DNA of 64,000 nucleotides from positions 4,030,001 to 4,094,000 of the forward strand of contig OZ360255.1 in the NCBI GenBank assembly GCA_977017645.1. Direction: 5' to 3'. The notes below the pieces were generated by a model. That model saw only the letters and a list, made by a program, of their open reading frames with translations, was not told the DNA's origin and made no database searches. Below, piece after piece: positions 34,845 through 47,222 of this stretch (its first letter is position 1; each line of letters starts with the position of its first letter). A program made the translations under genes and the position numbers. Source of the stretch: Torpedo marmorata (taxonomy: Eukaryota).

Positions 34845-34862
34845 ATCCCGGACGAGCCCCCA
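34845..34862 (-). promoter_or_regulatory. Primer-binding site complementary to tRNA-Pro
   Basis: Minus strand TGGGGGCTCGTCCGGGAT, the canonical 18-nt PBS-Pro, 3 nt from the 5' LTR. Confidence 0.93.
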
Positions 34863-35901
34863 ATTTGTTACAAAATCAAACCAGCAACGACAGAAGACGC
34901 AATGCAAAAGGGGTAAAATTGAAATTACTATTTATTAAAGACAATTAAACATATAATTTCACAACAATTAACCCCACTATAAACGTCTATAAACACTATT
35001 CTTATCTAAAAGGTTTGTGTGTGTAAAGCCCAGACCATTACAGTCTGTGCCCAATCCTTATGTAAAAATGGAAAAAAACTTTCCCCAAAAACCCCAGGTC
35101 AGTCATAAAAAACAAGTCAGTCAAAAAAAAGGATAATACAGTCTACAACATCCACTCTCTAAGTTCAGGCTTCAACTTCAGCTCTGTGTCTGGTAGAAGT
35201 ACTTCCGAATGAACGTTGGAGAGAGACAATGACTGTTTATGCTTACAAATACTTGTTTTCTTCTCTGATGACGTCCCCTTCTTGTATGTTCATAAGGATT
35301 GCAAGTTCCAGATCAGTATACCACTGATTTAGGCGTATGCTTAAATCTCACAGCTGGTCTCGCTGATCTCACGCCTGTTCTCCACAGAATTTGCTTTTTC
35401 TCAGAATTTCTCTCTGAGACAAGAGGCCATGTGCTCTTCTGCCAGTGATTTTCTCTGGCTTTCACAAGCCTGTATTTGGCTGTGTCCTGTAGCCTTTGCA
35501 ACTTACAACTGTCTGCTTTTCCTGCAGAAATCTGCACCTGCTTTTTGCAAAAGTGAAACAAATGTATCTTGTCCGGTCTGTCACTCTCTCTCTCTCTCTC
35601 TGGTCTCTCTCTGTCTGGGTACACCAAGAGTGCAACAATGTATCTTGTCTGGGTACACCAAGTAGCTGGGGAAGTTAACTCTTTCAGTACCTGGCCCCAG
35701 TGTATACTCTAAAAGACTTCATCCTTCCTGCTGACCATCCGCAGTCCAAATGGTCAGTCATGGTCCATAACAGTTCGTTAGTTGTGACCATTGCTGAACT
35801 CCAGGCTGCGAGCCACGAGCAGCTCCGGAGGGCCGACTGCAATGGGCCCATCCCAATTCCAGAGCAGCGGCGACACTGGAGATCACGTTCATGTGTATGT
35901 A

Positions 35902-36120
35902 CAGGTATACCCTGTTTTACGAATACTCGCTTTATGAAAATTTGCTTTTACGAAGAAACCTGTGTTCGCTTTTACAAAAGGATTTGAATGGGTTTTTAAT
36001 GGTTTTTCGCTTTTACGAAAATAATCTCGAATAGTAGTGAATGGGTCTTCGCTTTACGCCATTTCGGATTACGAAAGGTTTCATAGAAACACTCTAGTTT
36101 CGTAAAGCGGGGTATACCCG
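35902..36120. mobile_element. Tc1/mariner-pogo MITE
   Basis: TA TSD. TIRs caggtataccctgttttacgaa and ttcgtaaagcggggtatacccg. Internal cgcttt(t)acgaa repeats. Confidence 0.85.
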
Positions 36121-37147
36121 TACTCGTTTAGTTACGCGGTATACCATGCCTGTGGGTGGTGGGTGTTGAACAAGTTAAACCCTTGTTTCTCGGAATACCG
36201 TGCCTGTGGGTGGTGGGTGCTGAACAAGTTTAAACCCTCGTTTCTGGTATACCATGCCTGTGTGCTGTGTATGTTTGTCAGTGTGTGCTCTTATTGTGAA
36301 TTCCCCTGTGTGTAAATAAAGACCACTGTTTGTTCATAGCACGTGTCCAGCCTTTATTCTGTTTGAACCCGTCAAACCTATTCTGAACACAACACCGCGA
36401 GGCTAACTATGCGGTGTTTTCTTTCAGTGGAATATACTAACAAGATTTTGCCCTGTATACTTGGGCTCAATTAATTCTTGTGGATTATCTAAAGCAGTGG
36501 TTCATAACCTTTTCAGGGGTCTGTGGATGAATAAGTATACTTTTATTTACTATAAACCACTCAGAACAAATCCATGGACCACCAGTAGATTATTGAGAGG
36601 ATGGGAGGGGGTGGTGGGGAGATTGACTCAAGCTCCCTTCCCACGCCACTGACAAGATTTTTGTTTTGCTATGGTGGGAAAATGTTTTGAGACTTTTTGT
36701 TCTTTTTTGAAAAATGTACAACCTTGTTTTATATTTGTCATTGCATCACTGTGGACCTCTTGTAACAATTTCTCAGATCACAAACAAAACCACAGACCGC
36801 CATGTTTCATGCACCACAGGTCGAGAAATACTGCTGGACAGGATTGTGGCAGATCAGTTGATAAATATTCAAGTTCAGAACGTGATTGGTATATTATTTG
36901 AATATAATCTTATTCTTAAGGGGCTGTTTTGCCTTTTCCTTTTATTTTCATCCCTGTGGTTGCTAAGTGATATGAGCAGTTTTTGGCCATCTTTGCAAAC
37001 ATTTCCTTGTGCAATTAGTTGTAAAATTTTGTTTGCTCGTGCTTCTGTTAAGAATGTTAGGATATGTTATTATGTTTAAAGCACAGTACACATGCAAGTT
37101 ATCCTTTTCCCTTAAATGATGTTTGGATATGAAGATTGTGATAACAT

Positions 37148-37300
37148 GCGGCAGTGGGGTCCTGGTGCTAGTAACCGTTCCAGTGACCTGGATTAAGTAT
37201 CTGCAGTGCTGTCTGTGTGGAGTTGGCCCATTCTCCCTGTGACTGAGTGGATTTCCCCTGGGTGCTCTGGTTTCCTACATTCCAAAGAATGCTTGTTAAT
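37148..37300 (+). mobile_element. Old V-SINE remnant
   Basis: V-domain gctgtctgtgtggagttggcccattctccctgtgactgagtggatttcccctgggtgctctggtttcct. Confidence 0.7.
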
Positions 37301-37529
37301 CAGCTAGTGTAAACTGTCCCTAGACTGGTATTGGTAACACAATATGTATTATGGTGCCAATGGGCATTTGATTTGATGCGTTCTATCAGATAGTTTTTTA
37401 TATTTTCAAAATGTATCAAAATGTGTACTTTGATTAATCAATAGCACGCCAGCTTATTTCCTTTTGAAATATAATATGGCTGATCATTCATTCAAATGTT
37501 GAGTAATAGTTCCATTGAACTACATTAGC

Positions 37530-39925
37530 TACATCAGCAATTGGATTATATGGATGTCACCGAGATCAAATGCTATACAACCAGGGCTAACCAGAAACCA
37601 TGGTTGGATGCAGGGGTCTGGGCACTTCTTAGAGCTCGTGATGCTGCCTTCAGGACAGGAGACAAGATGGCACTGAGGTCAGCCAGGGCTGAACTCTCCT
37701 GTGCAAACCGGAAGACAAAACGTGGGTACGTTCAGAAAATCCATAGACTGCTGTGTAACACCGGTGACACGAGGCGCATGTGTCAAGGGATCAAAGCTAC
37801 AAACAGACCACAAGACAACCTTGTGAGTCAAAGACAACAACGCCTCCTTCCGCACAGACTAAACATCTTTTATGCACGGTTCGACAAGAAGAACAGGCTG
37901 ACGCCGAAGAAAGCTCCGTATCCCTCTGATGAACGGGCCCCCTGCATAGCCGCAGCCAAGGTGAGGGGTACCCGATCCAAGTTGAACCCACACAAGGCAG
38001 TGAGACTAGACAACATACCTGGTCGGTACTGAAGGACTGTGCAGACCAACTAATGGTGGTCATTACGGTCGTCTTCAACACTTAACTGCAGCAGCCCATC
38101 GTCCCCATGAGTTTTAAAACCTCACCATCATCCCGGTACCAAAGAGGGTGACAGTAACAGGCCTCAACGATGACCGCCCTGTGGCACTGACCACCATTAT
38201 GAATTGTTTTGAGCGTCTGGTGATGGGATGCATTAAAGTGACCCTCCCAGAGACACGGGACCTATTTCAATTCGTCTACAGAATGAATAGTTCCACTGAT
38301 GATGCTATAGCCACGACCCTCCACTCCGTCCTGACCCACCTGGAGAACGACGCCTCATACGCCAGGATGCTGTTCATCGAATTCATCTCGTCGTTTAATA
38401 CGGTTATTCCCCACAGGCTGGTGGAGAAGCTGTCCTCGCTGGGACTCCACACCCCTCTAACGACTTCCTAACAGAAAGACCACAGTCTGTCCAGTCAGCA
38501 GCAGAATGTCGAGCACAGTCAGGCTGACACTGGTGCCCTTTGGATCTGTGTGCTCAGCCCGCTTCTGTTTATGCTGCTGACCCATGACTGCAAAGCCATA
38601 TCCAGCTCCATAAGAGTCTCATGTTTGCAGATGACACTTGAGTAGCTGGCCTCATGAGGAATAACAATGAGTCGCACTAAAGAGGAGGTGGAAAATCTCG
38701 TGAAATGGTACGAGAATAGCAACTGGAATCTCAACGTGGATAAGACAGAAGAGGTGATTGTGGACTTCAGGAGGAGCAGGGATGACCACCCTCCACTACA
38801 CATTAATTGCTTGGTAGTGGAGAGAGTAGAGAGCACCAAGTTCTTCGGAGTCCACTTAAGAAGACACCTATTCTGGACACATAACATCTCCTCACTTGTC
38901 AAGAAGGCGCATCAGCACTTCCTCAGGTGGGCACGGCTACCGGCCACCATCATGTCAACCTTCTACAGGAGCTCTATCGAGAGCTTCCTGGCTGGCTGCA
39001 TTATGGTATGGTTGCTGTAGAGCTTTGGATCAGAGGTCAATCCACAGGACTATAAGAGTGGCAGACAGGATCAGTGGGGTCTTCCCCCGCCCCCCCCACC
39101 CCATGGACGTGATCTACCAGGATTGTTGTTTGAAGAGGGCTCGCAAAATTGTTAAGGACCTCTACCACCTGCACACAGCATCTTTCAGCTATTCCTGTCG
39201 GGAAAGAGATACAGGAGTATCAGAGCCAGCACCACCAGGCTGAGAAACAGCTTCTTCCCACGGGCAGTGAGACCACTGAATGAACTGCTGATACAAACCT
39301 TCCGAGACTACTATNNNNNNNNNNNNNNNNNNNNNNNNNNNNNNNNNNNNNNNNNNNNNNNNNNNNNNNNNNNNNNNNNNNNNNNNNNNNNNNNNNNNNN
39401 NNNNNNNNNNNNNNNNNNNNNNNNNNNNNNNNNNNNNNNNNNNNNNNNNNNNNNNNNNNNNNNNNNNNNNNNNNNNNNNNNNNNNNNNNNNNNNNNNNNN
39501 NNNNNNNNNNNNNNNNNNNNNNNNNNNNNNNNNNNNNNNNNNNNATAGTAGTCTCGGAAGGTTTGTATCAGCAGTTCATTCAGNNNNNNNNNNNNNNNNN
39601 NNNNNNNNNNNNNNNNNNNNNNNNNNNNNNNNNNNNNNNNNNNNNNNNNNNNNNNNNNNNNNNNNNNNNNNNNNNNNNNNNNNNNNNNNNNNNNNNNNNN
39701 NNNNNNNNNNNNNNNNNNNNNNNNNNNNNNNNNNNNNNNNNNNNNNNNNNNNNNNNNNNNNNNNNNNNNNNNNNNNNNNNNNNNNNNNNNNNNNNNNNCA
39801 GCATATGTATTGTTTGTCTGTATGTGTGTAGTGTCCAGTTGTGTGTTTGCATGTTTTTGTACCGAGGACCGGAGAACACTGTTTAGTTGGGTTGTACTTG
39901 TACAATCGATGATGATCAACTTGAA
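37530..39925 (+). mobile_element. Degenerate Rex1/Babar LINE (older subfamily), tail interrupted by gaps
   Basis: [30 protein letters not shown] and NLNVDKTEEVIVDFRR motifs with many frameshifts. Confidence 0.85.
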
Positions 39926-40350
39926 AGAAATGCAAATAACTGTTTTGTTCCAAAAGTAACATCATGAGTATTTTGCTCAGTAAAAAATGTCAGTGATTCA
40001 GTTTTTTATTTGACTTTTTGCTAATAGGAATGTAGTTCTCAAAATATGTTTGTCCTAATTGGCAATTTTAAGCAAACTAGAAATATATAATGAATCGTTC
40101 ATTTCGGTTTGAGTTAAATCATTAATACTGATCACATTTTATTTTTAAAAAGTTAAGGAGAGCTCTAAATATATTCAAATACATCATATAGTCTGATATT
40201 GGTGTTTGGGGGAATAATGGATAAAATTGAAGAACTCAACAGTATTGATATGGTGTTTAATTTGATGGTATTTCAATCCCGTATTTGGTGTCTATTTTTA
40301 AAAATGTAAGATGTGTATGTTCCTTTGTTCTATATAATAAGCAAAATAAT

Positions 40351-40559
40351 TACTATGAGATGGGCACATTACTCTGAGATGGGCACATTACTCTGAGATG
40401 GGCACATTACTATGAGATGGGCACATTACTCTGAGATGGGCACATTACTCTGAGATGGGCACATTACTCTGAGATGGGCACAATACTCTGAGATGGGCAC
40501 AATACTCTGAGATGGGCACAATACTCTGAGATGGGCACAATACTATGAGATGTGCACAT
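40351..40559. repeat. 19-bp minisatellite tact(c/a)tgagatgggcaca(t/a), 11 copies
   Basis: Head-to-tail copies with no spacers. Confidence 0.95.
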
Positions 40560-43150
40560 TAAAGATCTGTGATCTTAAGCATTTTTATATTGATATGATA
40601 CTGCAGATGGTGGGATCTGGAGCAAAAAACAAACTACTGGGGGGACTTAGCAGGTTGAGCTGCATCTGTTTGTGGGGCGGTGGGGGGGGTGGTGGTTAGG
40701 GAGGAATCGTGTCCATTTTGGGTCAGTATTCTGCATCAGGTGTTGCTCAACTTGCTGAGTTTCTCCAGCAGATTTTAATATTTTGACATCCTGTTTATTT
40801 TATGTAACTGGGACAATGGATGAAGATTAAAATAAAAGGAATGACAACATTCAAATTGTTATCATGATATTCTCTGTTGACTGTTAAAACTCTGCTTCAT
40901 GTTTTTCTCTGCTTTGGTTAAATGCCTGCAAAGGAATGGGTTAAAATGGCAAATAGAGCGTTTTCAATTTTTTTTGTGACTTCATTGTGCCCTCCATTTT
41001 CAGATGATGTCGTACATGAATTGAAAATCATTTGAGGAACCTATCTAATTTACTGCACCGCTCAGTTAAACAAATAAACAAAAGCATTTTACATGGTGAC
41101 ACATAGAAATGGATCCTTCGTTAAATCCATTTGTGTAAACATCCACCTGAAGGGGCTTGTATTAGTACAGAGGCAAAATATTGCAGCTTGTACTTTGAAA
41201 TACTGGAAATACTCAGCAAATCACCAGCTGGCTACTGAGTTTCCTACATCACAACAGTGAATGAACTTTGTAAATTAATCTTACTGTTCAATTGGGTGTC
41301 AATTCACTTTTTCCATTTGTTCCAGTTTGAGGTTTTTATTTATGTTAATAGGCTAGAGAAAATTATGTATTTTAATTATGGTTAACTGTTTCTATAGTTG
41401 CAAAAGAACAGCTGTATGATGAAGTCCATGTATATAGATGTTGAGGATATGGACAAATACAGAAAAAAAAATCAAAAGGCTGACCATGTTAAAATGACTA
41501 GGGTTCAAGGATTTTGTGTTTCTGCATCTGAGATTGAGAGATAACAGTTCCCCATGTCAGGCAGAAGATGCACAAGTTGAAAACGTGCACTTCCAGATTC
41601 ATGGACAGTTTATTTCCTGCTGTTATCAGATTCTTGAAGGGACCTCTCATTAGTAAAAGATGAGACCTTGAATTGTTTAATTGTACTTTTCATTTTTAAA
41701 GCAAAAGTGCAGGTGTAGTATGACACTATCCTCTGCACCTTTGTTTTTACTTTTGCACTACCTGTTGCACTGTGTACAGGTTAACTGCCTGGATAGAATG
41801 CAAAGCAAATCTTTTCACTGTATCTTGGTACACATGACAATAAACAATTCAAAGTTTCAGGGAAAATAGATCAATTCCTGTTATAACTAACAGTGTCTTT
41901 GAAATGTTGTAATCTAAAAATTTAAAACAACTGCTTAAATGTTGATATTTTTATTTTTGTTTCCTGACAATTCAATTAATGTGAATTTAAATTCTCAAAT
42001 TATTGGTGCCTTTGCTTTTTTTGTGTTGAATATTTTATTTTTTCATTTTCAAAATTCATAATATAAACAAGAAATATACGATTCACAACTATATACAACA
42101 TTATCATTGAACTTTCCCTCCCTCCCCCCAACTGAAAAAGGAAAATGAAACATACAAAAGAAAAGAAAAAAACGAAACGTACCGACAGTGCTTTCATTAA
42201 TTTTTCAATCTTTTCGGATTTCTATGGTATATTCTATTGTACTTCAGGGTTTAGATTATAACTGGACCCCAATATACTCCAGGTATGGTTGCCACACCTT
42301 TACAAATGTATCATATCTATTCCTGAGATTATATGTAATTTTCTCCATAGGAATACAGCTGTGCATTTCTGCTGACCATCGAGTGATTTGAAGGGGGGAG
42401 TCGGACTTCCAAGTGACTGCTATGCATTTTTTTGCTACGGACAAAGCAACTAGCACAAATTGAATTTGGATAATTTGTAGCATATGTCCATTAAATTTCC
42501 TTGGAGATACAGCTCCAGGTCCAGTGGAAAGGCCACCCCTGTAATTCTAGTTAGTATATTAGATATATCATACCAAAAGGATCGTACCTTTGCACAGGAC
42601 CAAGTGGAGTGCAGGAAAGTTCCAACTTCCCCACCACATCTGAAACACATTTCCGATATTTCGGATTTTGACCTGTGTAACTTCTGTGGTGTCAGATATA
42701 GTTGGTGCAAGAAATTATATTGGACCAATCTATACCTAGCATTAATAACCATCGTCATACTATTCCTACACCAATCCGACCAGCAACGTTCATGAATTGT
42801 CGTACCTAAGTCCGACTCCCACCTCTCCCTCGATCTATGTATACCCAGCTTAGGGCTTTCACTTTGAGCACAAAATACATTCTGGATATAATTTTGAATG
42901 CATTTTCCAGTCGAAGTAACTGTTCTACCTCGTTGCTTATAAGTGGGGTCATTGCAGGACCCCACCTTTCTCGCAAGAAGGATCTTAATTAGAGAAAACA
43001 GTGAAAGGTTCCATTAGACAAATCATATTTATTTTTGAGTTGTTCAAAGGACATAAGCTGTCCCTTGTTGTAGCAGTCCTCAACATATCGAACACCCTTC
43101 TGATACCAAACGCTCCATATTTTATTACCCAAAGTCATGGGTATAAGCTC

Positions 43151-44477
43151 ATTTTGAAATAGAGGTGTCTTCAGAATCAGAATCAGAATTTATTGTCATG
43201 AACAAGTCATGAAATTCGGTGCTTTGCGGCAGCATCATAGTGCAATTAACATTCATATTAACCATTCTAACGACATTACTATATAAAAATTATAAACAAT
43301 AGTGCACTAGTGTCTTTGGTTCATTGATTGTTCAGGAATCTGATGGCAGCAGGGAAGAAGCTGACCTTGTGCCGTTGAGTGCTCGTCTTTAGGCTCCTGT
43401 ACCTTTTCCCCGATGGAAGCAGCGTGAAGAGGGCATGGCCTGGGTGGTGGGGGTCCTTGAGGATAGAGGCTGCTTTATTAAGACATCGCCTCATGTAGAT
43501 GTCCTCGATGGAGTGAAGTTTGGTGCCCGTGATGTCACAGGCCGAGGTAACAACCTTCTGGAGTTTGCTCTTGTCCTGGGAGTTGGCACCACCATACCAG
43601 GCAGTGATGCAACCAGCTAGAATGCTCTCCACGGTACACCTGTAGAAGTTCACGAGAGTCTTTGGCGACATACCGAATCTCCGCAATCGCCTCACAAAGT
43701 ATAGCCGCTGACGAGCCTTCTTTGTGATTGCATCCACGTGGATGCTCCAGGACAGATCCTCGGAGATGTTGACACCCAGGAATTTGAAGTTCTTGACCCT
43801 CTCCACGACTGAGCCCTCGATGAGGACTGGGTTGTGTTCCCCTGACTTCCTCCTGAAGTCCACAATCATCTCCTTGGTTTTACTGACATTGAGCTCGAGG
43901 TTGTTGTCATTACACCATTCAATGAGCTGATCTATCTCCCTCCTGTACGCTTCCTCATTGCCGCTTGTGATACTGCCGACAACTGTGGTGTCATCGGCAA
44001 ACTTGTATATGGCATTGGAATTGTGCCTGGCCACACAGTCATGAGTGTATAACGAGTAGAGCAGTGGACTAAGCACGCATCCTTGGGGTGCGCCTGTGTT
44101 GATAATCAGTGAGGAGGAGACGTTGTTTCCAATTCGTACTGACTGTGGTCTTCCGATGAGAAAGTCAAGGATCCAGTTGCAGAGTGGGGTACAGAGGCCT
44201 AGAGTTTGTAGCTTCTTGACCAGCACTGAGGGAATAATGGTATTGAAGGCCGAGCTGTAGTCTATGAAGAGCAGCCGTATGTATGAATTGCTGTTTTCGA
44301 GGTGATCCAGAGCTGAGTGGAGAGCCAGCGATATTGCATCTGCTGTGGAGCGATTGTGACGATAGGCGAATTGCAGTGGGTCCAGATCTTTGCTTAGGTA
44401 TGTGTTAATTCTGGCCATGACCAGCCTCTCAAAGCATTTCATCACAGTAGAAGTTAGTGCTACTGGGCGATAGTCAT
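43151..44477 (-). mobile_element. Rex1/Babar LINE, 5'-truncated, open RT frame, nested in L1
   Basis: ORF 43321-44505 has uninterrupted RT motifs ([18 protein letters not shown]) and a (ttctga)n tail. L1 ORF2 is colinear on both sides. Confidence 0.93.
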
Positions 44478-46544
44478 ATTCCAACTTTTCCCCCAATACA
44501 CTCATTGATTTCTTGCCAAATTTTAATCGTATGTTTCAGAATAGGGTTGTTTGTTCTTTTGGATATTAACTTGGTATTCCATTTGTAAATAAAATCCTTA
44601 GCTACTTTCTCCCCTATAGTATCCAGTCCAATTTGAACCCATGAAGGTGTATCACCCGCCTCAAAAGGACAAATAAGCCTTTAAATTATCCCATATTAAA
44701 AAGCTGTTATTAGTGGAGGGGCAATTTGTTTCACAAAACAAATTTATCTGACCCCTTATAAAGTCACAAAAATCTGTCCTTTTCAACAGCGTAGAATTAA
44801 GGCGCCATCTGTATACGTTAGCCTGTTTTTCTGGCATAACAATAGATAGGATCAAAGGTGCATGATCTGATAATAGTCTGGCGAGATATTCCGATTCGAT
44901 CACTCTGCCTTCCAGCTGTATCGACATTAAAAAGTAGTCAATTCTAGTACAGGAATCATGGGGTTTAGAGTAAAAGGAATAATCTCTGGCTTGTGGGTGC
45001 AACCGTCTCCATGCATCTATTAAATTTAAATCTTTCATAAAGGCCAGAGTGGTTTTAGCCGCCCTGGCCCTTGTTACCGTCTTTGCAGACTTATCCAGAA
45101 CGGGATCCAGGCAAAAGTTAAAATCCCCTCCCATTAACACATTCTGTCTCCCCCCTGTCACCTTCAGAAATATATTTTGCATAAAAGCCTCGTCATCAAA
45201 ATTTGGGGCATAAAGGTTCAGAAGTGTCCAGGGATCCGAGTAAATTTGACAGTGTATCATCACAAATCTCCCAGCCGAGTCAATAGTCGTGTCTTTCACT
45301 ACCACCGGAACATTTTTATTTATTAAAATAGCCACCCCCCCCCCAAGCCTTGGAATTGAAAGAGGATGCAAACACCTGTCCCACCCATTCCCTCTTTAAT
45401 TTGTTATGTTCTTTATTCGTGAGGTGAGTTTCCTGCAAAAAGACTATATCTGCCTGCATTTTTTAAAGATGTGCCAAAACTCTTTTCCTTTTTATGGGTC
45501 CATTTAATCCATTAATATTAAAACTGACAAATTTTATAGTCTTATTCATTGTAGTGTTCATACATTACTATGTTATTTTCATGACCCCTTAGTACATTTC
45601 TTCTCCGGTTTGCATTCTCCTTTATAAAGTAACTCATGTATTTCCCCTGCACTGACAGTGACGACAACAGAAAACCCCAAAAGCTTGCAAAAAAAATTGC
45701 GAGACAAAAAGAAATTCCCTCCCCTTCAGCGCCATTTTTTTAAAACAACCCCTCTCCTGGCACCATCAGCCCCCTTAATTTGAAGTACACTATGTGCCCA
45801 TCCTACCATAACTTCCCAGCCCTTCCTGGGCTCTCCTTATAACATTTCCTAGAAATAAAAGTGAGTAAAATACACCCCCGCAACTCAATATACAATAACC
45901 CAACTTCCCCCTTATTTTACACAATATGGACCTCCCCATTTCTTTTACCCAACGTCTCATTATATCCTACGCGATCCCATCAGTCCTTGTATCCTCTCCT
46001 TTCTCTTCTCCCGTTCCACTCCTAAGGCCTCTCCTGTAGGCTTCAGACGAAGTTCTCCGCCTCTCTGGATATCGAGAAGAATCTTCTCCCGCCCTCTGAC
46101 GTCTCCAGTCTCAGCGTCGCGGGGTAGAGCATCGTGTAAGGTATGCTCCTCGCCCACAGCTGTCTTTTCACGCCGTCAAATTCTTTCCGACGTCACACTA
46201 GGGCCGCACTTAGATCTTGGAAGAATAAAATCTTATCTTTGCCGATCTCCAGGGGCACGGAGGATCTCTTCCTGATCCCGGTAGCTCAGCAGTCGCACCA
46301 AAACCGGTCGTGGTCTCTGGTCTGGTGTCCTCCGAGGGTCCGGTGGGCTCTCTCCACCATCAGGGGTTTTCTGAATCTATTCTGCCCCAGAACCTCTGGG
46401 ATCCATTTAAAAAAAAAAATTCCACCGGATCTCTTCCCTCTGCCCCTTCTTTTAGTCCAATTATTCTCACATTATTTCTCCTGCTAAAATTTTCCATGTG
46501 GTCTATTTTGTCCATTATCTCTTGTTTTTCTTTTTTCCAGCCAT

Positions 46545-47222
46545 ATAATAACCATATAACAATTACAGCACAGAAACAGGCCAGTTCGGCCCTTCTAGTC
46601 CATGCCGAACACCTTCTCCCACCTAGTCCCACTGCCCTGCACCCGGCCCATAACCCTCCACACCTCTCTCGTCCATATACCTATCCAACTTTTCCTTAAA
46701 CATTAAAATTGAACCTGCATCTACCACTTCGGCCGGAAGCTCGTTCCACACTCCCACCACCCTCTGAGTGAAGAAATTCCCCCTCATGTTTCCTCTAAAT
46801 TTTTCCCCCTTCAATCTCAATCCATGCCCTCTTGTTTGAATCTTCCCCACTCTCAATGGAAAAAGCCTGTCCACGTTGACTCTATCTGTCCCCTTCATAA
46901 TTTTAAATACCCGGTACCTCTTATCAAATCACCCCTCAACCTTCTACGCTCCAGGGAATAAAGTCCCAGCCTGCTCAACCTTTCCCTGTAATTCAAACCC
47001 AGAAACCCAGGCAACCTTCTTGTAAATCTCCTCTGCACTCTCTCTATTCTGTTTATATCCTTCCTATAATTTGGCGACCAAAACTGCACACAATATTCCA
47101 AATTTGGCCTCACCAATGCCCAATACAACTTCAACATGACATCCCAACTCCTGTATTCAATACTCTGATTTATGAAGGCCAACATCCCAAATGCTTTCTT
47201 CACCACCCTATCTACGTGTGAC
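46545..47222 (-). mobile_element. CR1-clade LINE 3' fragment nested in L1 ORF1
   Basis: LVRPNLEYCVQFWSP, ERVQRRFTR, TRGHGLRL and FFTQRVVGVWNELP motifs. Confidence 0.9.

Larger units (their letters stand above)
29892..35772 (-). mobile_element. Gmr1-clade Ty3/Gypsy LTR retrotransposon, two LTRs, RT deleted, frameshifted
   Basis: 5' LTR 34866-35772 and 3' LTR 29892-30774 (tgtta...taaca), TSD gttc/gttc. PBS and PPT present. Domain order gag, CCHC, protease, integrase, RT remnant, RNase H. Confidence 0.93.
28822..36394 (+). mobile_element. Solo-LTR-like element (4-bp TSD ccgc) hosting nested insertions
   Basis: ccgc at 28818-28821 and 36395-36398. Ends aataaa...acacaaca. Internal repeats tgtggattg and ataccRtgcctgtg. 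Related segments ctgaactccaggctgc...aatgggcc occur on both sides of the Gmr1 element. An N gap inside limits certainty. Confidence 0.65.

Noticed and set aside
40351-40559. CRISPR-like array
   Set aside because: Units are head-to-tail with no unique spacers and no cas genes, in a eukaryotic context. It is a minisatellite.
43321-44505. Domesticated RT gene, or RT complementing the RT-less L1
   Set aside because: A 5'-truncated young Rex copy, near-identical to 3188-4493. The start codon comes from flanking L1 sequence and there is no evidence of expression.
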